DNA of 62,802 nt, filler included, from Phoronis australis (taxonomy: Eukaryota > Animalia > Phoronida): the NCBI GenBank assembly GCA_002633005.1. It is 6 parts of 6 records of this genome, joined end to end, with 100 filler letters (N's around TTAATTAATTAA, not from the genome) between each part and the next. Parts side by side here need not be neighbours in the genome. Positions count along the whole stretch, not along the records: positions 1 to 27,993 come from NMRA01000906.1; positions 28,094 to 40,058 come from NMRA01001666.1; 4 more parts are not named here. One strand, 5' to 3'. Shown in pieces: positions 26,868 through 36,474 of this stretch. Position 1 is the first letter of the stretch. Every line of letters begins with the position of its first letter. Below the pieces are notes generated by a model that was not told the DNA's origin, searched no databases, and saw only the letters and a program-made list of their open reading frames with translations. A program made the translations under genes and the position numbers.

Positions 26868-27993
26868 TAGTCGGTGGGCCAGAATTTGTAGAGCCTCTAG
26901 AAAATGGTTTTTGTGAGTACTTTAGGGGGGCAATTTTATTTTTGGTGTTTTTTAATTCATTTATTAGAGTGTTTTCAAAATCTAAAAAGTTCCCACATAT
27001 AAAGTTGCACATTTTTGAAAAATTTGAGTTTGAAGTTACATAATAATCACCAAAAAGCTTAGTAAACTTATATTTGTAAAAACAACAGTTTTGGTGACTT
27101 TTTTGTAAAACAAGTAATATGGTCCCATCAGTGCCATTGTATTGAACAATATTACACTCACATTACATGTTTTACTATTGTAGATTAATTGTAAACAGTG
27201 AAATTTAAAAAATGTAAAGAGACACCTAGTGGCGAAAATGCAAACTAAGTCTGAATGTTACTAGGAAGTTATCCTGGCATTGTCTGGCAACAAAAATAAC
27301 ACAAAACACTTGAGACTGGGCAAAATTTGTGCCTCAATGACTAAAACATTGACTAATGGTGTAAAATACTCATTGTTTGCATATTACACCAGAAATACAT
27401 TATAGTACAAAAACAATATAGTTGAATGATCTCTGTGAATGTGCACAAAGACTGTATGGAAATAATAGATTATTCTGACAGCGTTTATCAAGCAGTATGA
27501 GACAAATACATGTCAATGATCAAAGTAACTATGTACTTTCTATGACTTAATCAACAAATAACTTTTTAATACAAAAAACGAAATAACAGGGTTAGAGGTC
27601 TATTTAGGCTTGACCTGTCAAAGAACTATCCAATGTTATGCAGTGTTGCTGATGTTACTACAGTTGTCACAGCTGCACATTTCTGTACAGTTTGACCCAG
27701 CATTGCAGCACAAACTCAGTTTCCCAGCATACATGTTCTTTTTGCACTTGCAGCGTTCATCGTTTAGTACTGTCAATGGAGATGCAGACATTGCCATACA
27801 TTTTAACTGCAAAGCTCCACTGCCAAGGAGCCAACTATGGTCGATTAGAGAGGGTACAGCACTGCACACTGGTGACTGGCCCGCACGCAATGAACGGTCA
27901 AACACTAAGTCCTTGTTTGGAGGCGCGGAGGATTTGGGCAAACGTTTGATTCAAAATATGTTATAATGGGCTGTGTTAATTAGAGTCAGCAAG
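26868..27993 (-). mobile_element. AcademX-like DNA transposon 3' part (C-terminal Cys-rich domain and terminus)
   Basis: ORF 27636-27941: PPNKD..SLRA..HSW..CKCKKN..CCNAGSNCTEMCSCDNCSN, a decayed form of the LPPT..RA..GW..CxC..CxC tail. Candidate terminus TAGTCGGTGGGCCAGAATT at 26868. Cut by a gap. Confidence 0.6.
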
Positions 27994-28093
27994 NNNNNNN
28001 NNNNNNNNNNNNNNNNNNNNNNNNNNNNNNNNNNNNNTTAATTAATTAANNNNNNNNNNNNNNNNNNNNNNNNNNNNNNNNNNNNNNNNNNNN
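27994..28093. other. artificial scaffolding linker N44-TTAATTAATTAA-N44 (also 40059-40158, 44845-44944, 51890-51989, 55144-55243)
   Basis: The identical 100-nt construct occurs five times, and the 12-mer puts stops in all six frames. Confidence 0.95.
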
Positions 28094-28899
28094 GGAGGGC
28101 CCAACATTATGTCTGTAAGCATTTGCTCAAAGCACGATTGTAGATGCGCATAGCACCGAATGGGGGGAGGCAAACCCCCCCTCCCAACCAGGAAATTTTT
28201 CTGTTTTTTCCTCTAAAAATCGAGCATTTTCCTTGATTCCTGAAGTATTATCCAAGAAAAAAGGCAAAAAAAAACAAAAAACGGAAAGTGTCAAACAGGA
28301 AAAACTGCGAGCACCACAGACTCGAACTCCCGACCTGTCGGATGGAGCGTGCGTGCTTTACCACTGCACCACCACGATTTAACTCCTAATTTGATACTAA
28401 GAGACCTACTTGTTTATGGTCCACAGCGTTGGTGCGCGAAAACTTCTTTTTGTAATGCTTATTACATGTTAAATATTTTGTGCAATCAGTTCGTAACAAA
28501 TTTGTTGTATTTAAAATAGTCTTCAATTGCCCAAAAGACCAAATCTGTTTTTTGTGTTGGCAATAATTACGTGATTGTTTTGGAAATTGTCTTAAGTTAA
28601 GGTTTGACAAAGAGAGAGTTATGAGTTTCTGAGTGATTCACTATGGCTTCGATTAAAATTGACATCTTACCAGCAGCTTCTGTTTTTCCATCATGACTCA
28701 GATTCCATTTTTTAAAGAAAATGAAGTAATTTTCTTCGTTGCACAGTGGAGCAGTCGACGGAAACAAAGTCGTAGTGCCCAGCGCCACTGCCGATCACCT
28801 GAGATATCGCGGGAGAGCTTATACTTAGCCATAGTTCCGTTACGATTGTGCTGTGTTCCCAATTTGACACTTGAAATTGGATCTGAGCCCCCCCCCAAA
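28094..28899 (+). mobile_element. second copy of the 6628-7616 element body
   Basis: Long co-linear similarity, for example TTTTGTGCAATCAGTTCGTAACAAATTTGTTGTATTTAAAATAGTCTTCA in both copies. Confidence 0.8.
28311..28375 (-). repeat. tRNA-derived segment with Pol III A and B boxes
   Basis: Reverse complement GTGGTGGTGCAGTGGTAAAGCACG..GTCGGGAGTTCGAGTCTGTGGTGC. No intact cloverleaf. Confidence 0.6.
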
Positions 28900-30328
28900 N
28901 GTTTAAATTCAATCTTTATCGTGACAAAATCTTGAGAAGTATTGTTCCACGCACTTTATGGAGATTGTGACAACTTGACTTGCAACTCCATTTGCATTTA
29001 AACAATTTAACTGTGAAAGTGCCATTTTATTGTGAAATAAACTCAACTAAATTGCCAAATAAATCAGGCAAGAAGTTTGTCCAAGTTCAGCAAGTGTGGA
29101 GTTCTGTCAAAGTCTGTCTCTGTATTTTAGCCAGTGTTAAATTCTAGTACCGGCAGTTGTTAGTTGCTCCTCACAAAAGAACTTTAGATCAGTGCTCCAG
29201 ATCAACAGGCTTCTTGGTGACAGTTGCAGTACTCTTTTGTACAAATCTACTGATGAATTAGAAGGTGCTGTGAATCTGGCCAAGTTTCCATTTGGTACCC
29301 ATTTTTGTCACATCTTCGGTATTGCCTTCATATAAATTCTATAGACTTCCAGCGTTAGTTTACATGGTTTTATAGGTTTTGAATGATGCCATGTATAAGT
29401 AAACCAATCCCTAAAAGGCTATTTTTTCAAATGTAAAAGATAACTCAATTGGCTTGCATGACTGGCATCCCATAACTCAACATCTCCAAAAACTTGTGCC
29501 TGTAAACTCTAAGTCTGAAGTTTGGTTCGGCGTATGGAATATTTTTTATCTGTGAATGGATTTTAAGGCACAGGTAAAGCTTCGTGTATGCTGGTCCACG
29601 ACTGGGTTTAGGAAATTGGAACGGTAATTGAGAGATGTGTCTATGGAATCGGTACCACCTTTGTGCTTTGCTAGTGAACATAATATGTTTATATTACTAT
29701 ACTTTGTTTTGTGAATCACCGAAAAGCTTGGACTATATTACTCCTAGCAGAAAACTAAAAGTAAGACAGGAAAATGGTGATGTGTCATTTGAGGCAACTT
29801 TACAATCACTGGCATTATCATGTTTGTTGATTTAAGGTCCTTTTGTGTGTCTACATGAAGCAGAACAATGACTTCAGTATTGACTCTTTGAAATCTTGAA
29901 ATATGATCCATAGATCAATGTGGGCCTGTGGGTCACTGTGTCTGATGTTGGACAAAAGACTTCTTGGAAGACTTAACAATAGATCAGATTGATATCTACA
30001 TTCTGGAGTTAAACTAAAGGGGAGATGTTTCTCATGTGTTTGAATTTGTGCTCAAGAAAAATCCTGATTTTGCTTTTTGCCTAGTGGTATGTTGTGCCAC
30101 GCAGTAGTAAGTTGTTAGCTCATACAAATATCCCTTCTATGCCAGAAGGCTGTAAGCTAATTGTGACTTTATCTGGTTTAAATGTTACACTCACAGCACT
30201 TTAGGTTAGAGAGTATATTTTGAATGCAGTTGATGTTTTTAAATTTTCCATCTGGAACGAGTACTGCAGCAACACATTCTTTCATTGCCTACTTGTAACA
30301 AAATTTATAATTGACCTCCATTACTTTT

Positions 30329-30614
30329 GGAGGAGGCAGTGTGGCCTGGTTAATAATTGCCCACTTTCTTTACCCGAGGTCGTGGGTTCGAGTCCCACCA
30401 GGTCACAGTGCTAAACCCTTGAGCCAGATTTCTAACTCCTCAGCTCGGTTTTCACCATATATAATAAAGCATAAAAATAGTTCCAGGTGATCAGTGCAAT
30501 GGGTCCACATGCGAGGCCTGCAAGGTCTGGTACAATGTGTATCAGACCGCCTGCAATTTTTTCCATTACTTTCAATGTTCTCTGGGAAACCCAAACATTT
30601 GGATGATGATGATG
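30329..30614 (+). mobile_element. tRNA-derived SINE
   Basis: A box TGGCCTGGT (30342), B box GGTTCGAGTCC (30385-30395), body shared with 26541-26647, and a (GAT)n tail. Confidence 0.7.
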
Positions 30615-30804
30615 CTAACTCATGAGTTCACCCCTCTGTCCGACATCTGTCTATCGCTGGTGTCAGGTTTTACTTGTATGCCAATACTATTGCCTCAGCC
30701 TCGGGTTAGGGATGGCCTCGCAAAGTCCATTGTTGAAACTTAATTCCCTCTATTACTCATTGTTGCTTGACAGTGAATTCAATAACATGATGTTTCTATT
30801 TTAG

Positions 30805-30913
30805 GAAAAATTGAAGCTGGTGTCAGTTTTAGGAGCAGGTTTGCTTGTTGGAACTGCGCTGACGGTTATCATACCAGAGGGGGTACACACACTGTACGAA
30901 ACAGCGGAACATG
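30805..30913 (+). CDS. SLC39A9: zinc transporter ZIP9, single internal exon (109 nt)
   Basis: Acceptor TTTTAG|, donor |GTGAGT. Translation [36 protein letters not shown] matches the ZIP9 TM2 region ([31 protein letters not shown]). I found no other exons. Confidence 0.88.
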
Positions 30914-31183
30914 GTGAGTGCTGCTGAAAGCCCAGCTTCATCCACGAGTCTCAAGATGGCGCTGATAGGTTTAGCGGTTTGAGACTTGGTGAAGAGAAAT
31001 TTACTTGGCAGGGTTATGACTTGTTTTCATGAAAATCGCTGCAATGTCACGAGTGATATAAAGTTATATCGTCTCCGAATTGTTCACAGTCTTTATTCCG
31101 TTACGTTCGTACTTTCGGAACAAAGGTCTACTCTCAACTGAACATAGATACAGTAACTGACCTAGCGACATAATTGAAAGACA

Positions 31184-31221
31184 CACGATATTTCGAAACA
31201 TACTTGTTTCATTCTCAAGTG
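31184..31221 (-). ncRNA. minimal type I hammerhead motif, U3:A8 variant, best-preserved copy
   Basis: Reverse complement CAC-TTGAGAA-T-GAAAC-AAGTAT-GTTTC-GAAA-TA-TC-GTG: stem I CAC/GTG, perfect 5-bp stem II, palindromic ATAT stem III, AUC triplet. Confidence 0.75.
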
Positions 31222-31345
31222 AAGATAAAATGACGCAGTAATGCCACCACAGAGTATAACCTGATGACACACACAGTGAGACACGCCTGGTCACGGGTGT
31301 GAAATACTGCAAAGAATGACTAATGAAGGGGGGTAACAGAAAATT

Positions 31346-31670
31346 TGAGCAAACAAGTGTAACGTGCGGCGCGACCCTGTTTGCTGCTCATTCAAAACAG
31401 GCTTCTCAAAAGCAATTAAAAGGGACTCCAATACTTTCAAACGCAGCACATCTTGCTCCATGTAGCGAATTGACGTGTTTTCCACAATTTCTTGACGGGT
31501 GATTTTACGTGCGTCACATTGCAGAATATGATCTTGGATGGCGCCTTTTTGAAGATGCATGGATAACCAATGGGAAAGACTGCAAACCGTTTGACCAATG
31601 TAACATTGTTTGACGTTTGAACAAAGACATTCGTTCATAGGGCATACAAACTCACTACACTACACTGTGC
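31346..31670 (-). pseudogene. additional PLE GIY-YIG 3' copy (tandem pLTR or redundant haplotype)
   Basis: ORF 31291-31638: QCYIGQTVCSLSHWLSMHLQKGAIQDH..LKVLESLLI. It is separated from the next copy by a single N at 31681. Confidence 0.8.
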
Positions 31671-31729
31671 AATGGGGGGGNGTGTGAAATACTGCAAAGA
31701 ATGACTAATGAAGGGGGGTAACAGGAAAG

Positions 31730-33101
31730 TCACGCAAACAAGTGTAACGTGCGGTGCGACCCTGTTTTCTGCTCATTCAAAACAGGCTTCTCAAAAGCAA
31801 TTAAAAGGGACTCTAATACTTTCAAACGCAGCACATCTTGCTCCACGTAGCGAATTGACGTGTTTTCCACAATTTCTTGACGGGTAGTGATTTACGTGCG
31901 TGGCATTGCAGAAAATGATCTTGAATGGTGTCATTTTGAAGATGCATGGATAACCGACGGGATAGACTGCAAACCGTTTGACCAATGTAACATTGTTTGA
32001 CGTTTGAACGAAGACATTCGTTCATAGGGCATACAAACTCATAAACAACACTACACTGTGCAACGGGGCGGACTTTCGCTTTAGAAATGTTATTTTTGAT
32101 GACCAAGTTGGAGGACTTCCTATTCCGATAATAAATAATAACATCGAGGTGATCATCAGTCATACAAACTTTAACATTGTCCCTTATAATTTTCTTAATG
32201 GCGTGTTCGTCCTGGAGGTAATTATTAGACATGACATTTTTGTAAAATATCTTTTTGGTGACACCGGTCCGACGTGCAGGGACTTCATAGCTAATTCTGG
32301 ACACAAATCGCTTAATATGGAAATCCATAAAAGCATTGGTATACCCATTATTCACCAGTGTTTGTCTTAAGCGATCTACCTCTTGATTGAACAATAGCCA
32401 GTTGGACAACACCCAATACGCCCTCTTTAGGAAGTTGACCACAACAGCGACCTTATACCGCTCAGGGCACTCACTTTTGGCGTGGAGACAGAAACCTTTA
32501 TCAGTAGGCTTGTGGTAAACTGATGTAGAAAATTCAGATGGAGAATGGTTCACAAGAACGTCCAAAAACGGAATCTTGTCATTTACAGGAAGCTCGTGGG
32601 TAAACTTCAATACAGAGTGACGCCCAAGTTCATCACGTACTGATAGCAAGTCATCAAAGGCACAATAAACAAAGAATATCATCTACATAACGTACATAGA
32701 TAGGAATACCACCGATCACATTGCTAGCCCTTTTTTCTCCTTCAGACACATAAAATTCCGAGATAGTGGGACCCAGAGGAGAACCCATGCTCACACCATC
32801 TTTTTGCAAAAACAATTTCCCATTGATATGGCGAAATGGTACTTTGGTTGTGCAGATGGTTAACAACTCTCTCTTATGAGTTGTTGAAATGTCGGGTGAC
32901 TTTAAATGTGGGTGACGGTATACACTATCAAAAATGATAGTAATGGTCTCATCCACCGGTACGTTGGTGAACAAAGACTCAGCGTCAAGCGACATAGGTT
33001 GATAGTGTGGGGATGGCACTTGTGTGCGCAAAATGTCAATGAAATCCTCACGACATTTAATGGAGTAACGGCTCTGAATGTACGGCTTTAAAATGTTATC
33101 A
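31730..33101 (-). pseudogene. PLE reverse transcriptase + GIY-YIG endonuclease, frameshifted, 5'-truncated
   Basis: RT motifs SLDAESLFTNVP, QKDGVSMGSPLGP, YVRYVDD and FLDV; endonuclease VVYEFVCP..C..YIGQT..LSRRL..H..H. Frameshifts just after YVDD and near the C-terminus. Confidence 0.93.
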
Positions 33102-34443
33102 AGAGCCGACACTCCATTAAATGTCATGAGGATTTCATTGACATTTTGCGCACACAAGTGCTATTCTCCCATTATCAACCTATGTCGCTTGACGCTGAGT
33201 CTTTGTTCACCAACGTACCGGTGAATGAGACCATTACTATCATTTTGGATAGTGTATACCGTCACCCACATTTAAAGCCACCCGACATTTCACCAACTCA
33301 TATGAAAGAGTTGTTAACCATCTGCACAATCAAAGTACCATTTCGCCATATAAATGGGAAATTGTTTTTGCAAAAAGATGGTGTGAGCATGGGCTCGCCT
33401 CTGGGTCCCACTTTCTCAGAGTTTTATATGTCTGAAGTGGAAAAAAGGGCTAGCAATGTGATTGGTGGTATTCCTATCTATGTACGTTATGTTGATGGTA
33501 CTTTTGTTTATTGTGCCTTTGATGACTTGTTATCAGTACGTGATGAACTTGAGCGTCACTCTGTATTGAAGTTTACCCACGAGCTTCCTGTAAATGACAA
33601 GATTCTGTTTTTGGACGTTCTTGTGAACCATTCTCAATATGAATTTTCTACACCAGTTCACCACAAGTCTACTGATAAAGGTTTCTGTCTCCACGCTAAA
33701 TTGAGTGCCCTGAGCGGTATAAGGTCGCTGTTGTGGTCAACTTCCCAAAGAGGGCGTATTCGGTGTCGTCCAACTGGCTATTGTTCAATCAAGAGGTAGA
33801 TCGCATAAGACAAACACTGGTGAATAATGAGTATACAAATGCTTTTGTGGATTTCCATATTAAGCGATTTGTGTCCATAATTAGCTATGAAGTCCCTGCA
33901 CGTCGGACCGGTGTCACCAAAAAGATATTTTACAAAAATGTCATGTCTAATTATTACCTCCAGGACGAACACGACAATCGGAAAATTATAGGGGACAATG
34001 TTAAAGTTTGTAAGCCTGATGATCACCTCGATGTTATTATTTATTATCGAAATAGGAAGTCCTCCAACTTGGTCATCAAAAATAACATTTCTAAAGCGAA
34101 AGTCCGCCCCGTTGCACAGTGTAGTGTTGTTTATGAGTTTGTATGCCCTATGAACGAATGTCTTCGTTCAAACGTCAAACAATGTTACATTGGTCAAACG
34201 GTTTGCAGTCTTTCCCGTCGGTTATCCAGTCATCTTCAAAATGGCGCCATTCAAGATCATTTTCTGCAATGCCACGCACGTAAAATCACCCGTCAAAAAA
34301 TTGTGGAAAACACGTCAATTCGCTACGTGGAACAAGATGTGCTGCGTTTGAAAGTATTAGAGTCCCTTTTAATTGCTTTTGAGAAGCCTCTTTTGAATGA
34401 GCAGCAAACAGGGTCGCGCCGCACGCTACACTTGTTTGCGTGA
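33102..34443 (+). pseudogene. PLE reverse transcriptase + GIY-YIG endonuclease, YVDD->YVDG, frameshifted
   Basis: ORFs 33146-33799 and 33733-34443 carry the same motifs. One frameshift near 33700. Confidence 0.93.
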
Positions 34444-34558
34444 TTTTCCTGTTACCCCCTTCATTAGTCATTCTTTTCAGTATTTCACACCCGCCGTGCC
34501 TCACTGTGTGTGTCGTAAGCTTATACTCTGTGGTGGCATCACTGCGTCATTTTATCTT

Positions 34559-34596
34559 CACTTGAGAATGAAACAAGTATATTTCGAAATATCATG
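34559..34596 (+). ncRNA. hammerhead motif, U3:A8 variant, two stem mutations
   Basis: CAC-TTGAGAA-T-GAAAC-AAGTAT-ATTTC-GAAA-TA-TC-ATG. Confidence 0.6.
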
Positions 34597-36119
34597 TGTC
34601 TTTTAATTATGTCTCTAGGTCAGTTACTGTAAGTTAATTATGTCGCTAGGTCAGTTACTGTATCTATGTTCAGTTGAGAGTAGAGTTTTGTTCCGAAAGT
34701 ACGAACGTAACGGAATAAAAACTGTGAACAATGAAAAGTGTCGTGCATTTAACAAATTCTGTATAACCGAAAACTTGCTCCCGAAGTACGGTCAGTTCAA
34801 GTAACATTTACATTGATTAAGAAACGCGATGGGCCTACTGCCTAAACAGAAATCGCGAGCCATCACGTTTACAAAAGCGCCATCTACCGAGCAAAAGGAT
34901 AAAAGTGAACTACTTTCGCGCAGGCAAATGTACTCCATATCAGTAAGATAATACACGCAGTGTTGGCTTACGTAGTAAATGGCTACACGATATCCTGTCC
35001 GGATGCACATCCTTTGTTCCTAATGCCCACAACTCTGCAACCTCTTGAAGAGGCAAGCAAACAGTGACACAGCTACATGTATAACTGGAGGCGTTCTGTT
35101 TACAGTGTACAGTACAACCTGGCGCTAGAATTCAGTGCCAAATTAATGCTATAGTAATCTGTCGCAGTTTTTAGACCCCGAAGTTGGCACAACGTTCGAA
35201 TAAACCTCTGTCACCACAACTTAGAAGGTTCGGACCCTCCTCCGTGGTCACAATTTTTAGCCTTTGTGGTCAAGTACTTTCACTGCAAGTAGGAGCCAGA
35301 ACCCAAGCTAAAGCTGCAAATGTTAGGTACCGCCTTTGTGAACGTTTTACAACAATCCCTTCTGAGGAGCCGAATTACAATGAATTAGCGTTATACACAG
35401 GTAGGACCTTATCGACAAGTCTGTACATTTAGTCAAACCTCTACAAAATTATACGATTTAACTCAGTAAAAGTATACTTATTTTCTGAAAGTAGAAGCAA
35501 CGTAGAACCTGCTTTTTAACTTTCTTTCTGCCAACAACTAGGCCACGTGACCCTGTTTTTTATAAAAAATACTTGGCAAAAAGGAAATGTACTTTCATAA
35601 TAAAACAACAGTTTCAATAAAATGATCAAATTTTCTATGATATAAATGTTCAAGATAAAATCTCAAAAACGCTGTTACAGTTTTTTTAAATTAACGTTTC
35701 GTTTTTACTTCATGCAACTTTAACTTTACAAGGAAAACCATGCAAGTCCTATGTTTGATAGCTGCTCATGCAAAATTAGATAAAGTATAGTATCTGAAAG
35801 TTTGGTGTGATTCTGATCAGCTATTTCTGAGATACGGTGCCCGAGGTTGGCCAAAATTGGAATTTGTTTTGAGGTCAGTCCCACGTATCCTTAAATTAAG
35901 TTAACCCCCACAGTTTTACTGTACGAACTCGCCTCTTGTCAGGGATGCAAAAACGATCCTGGCACGAATTCCACGCCGGGAGCTACTTTGAACTTAGACC
36001 TACATTTTGAAGTGTTTTAGGTACTTCACTTCATTGAAAAAATTTGCTAGAACATGCCAACCCCCATTTAGAATTTGTATTTACGTTGGTGATCGTTCGC
36101 TGTTTCCATTCTAGGCCTN

Positions 36120-36242
36120 CTTCAGTGTTTGCAGCAAGGTTGCGGCAATGTGTGCGACTGAGTTGCGGGTAGCGGCAAACTCCTGCAAACTTTGCAGCTG
36201 GTTTGCTGCAAACAAAATTGTTTGCCGCAAGCTTGGTATGGG
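36120..36242. mobile_element. end of a non-autonomous DNA transposon with subterminal TTTGC(A/C/T)GC repeats, abutting PLE sequence
   Basis: Direct and inverted TTTGCNGCAA motifs ending TTGGTATGGG. It joins the PLE at GAGT|CCCTTTT and is absent from the 34364 copy. Confidence 0.5.
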
Positions 36243-36436
36243 CCCTTTTAATTACTTTTGAGAAGCCTGTTTTGAATGAGCAGCAAACAAGGTCGCGCCG
36301 CACGTTACACTTGTTTGCGTGACTTTCCTGTTACCGCCCTTCATTAGTCATTCTTTGCAGTATTTCACATCCGCCGTGTTTCACTGTGTGTGTCGTCAGC
36401 TTACTCTGTGGTGGCATCACTGAGTCATTTTATCTT

Positions 36437-36474
36437 CTCTTGAGAATGAAACAAGTATGTTTCGAAATATCGTG
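36437..36474 (+). ncRNA. hammerhead motif, U3:A8 variant, in the duplicated copy
   Basis: CTC-TTGAGAA-T-GAAAC-AAGTAT-GTTTC-GAAA-TA-TC-GTG. Confidence 0.65.

Larger units (their letters stand above)
31079..34732. mobile_element. Penelope-like retroelement, two 5'-truncated copies in head-to-head inverted arrangement
   Basis: Arms 31682-33075 and 33102-~34490 around a 26-nt loop (33076-33101). Both 3' UTRs end in AATAAA.ACTGTGAACAAT (31079 and 34732). Confidence 0.95.

Noticed and set aside
27994-28093. Recurrent TTAATTAATTAA motif
   Set aside because: It is always centred in N44..N44, so it is an assembly linker and not biological.
36370-36402. Antisense hammerhead-like CTGACGA-CACACACAGT-GAAA in the PLE 3' UTR
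   Set aside because: Stem II is only 2 bp, there is no stem I or cleavage triplet, and the other two copies break the boxes (GAGA, GAGG, CTTACGA).
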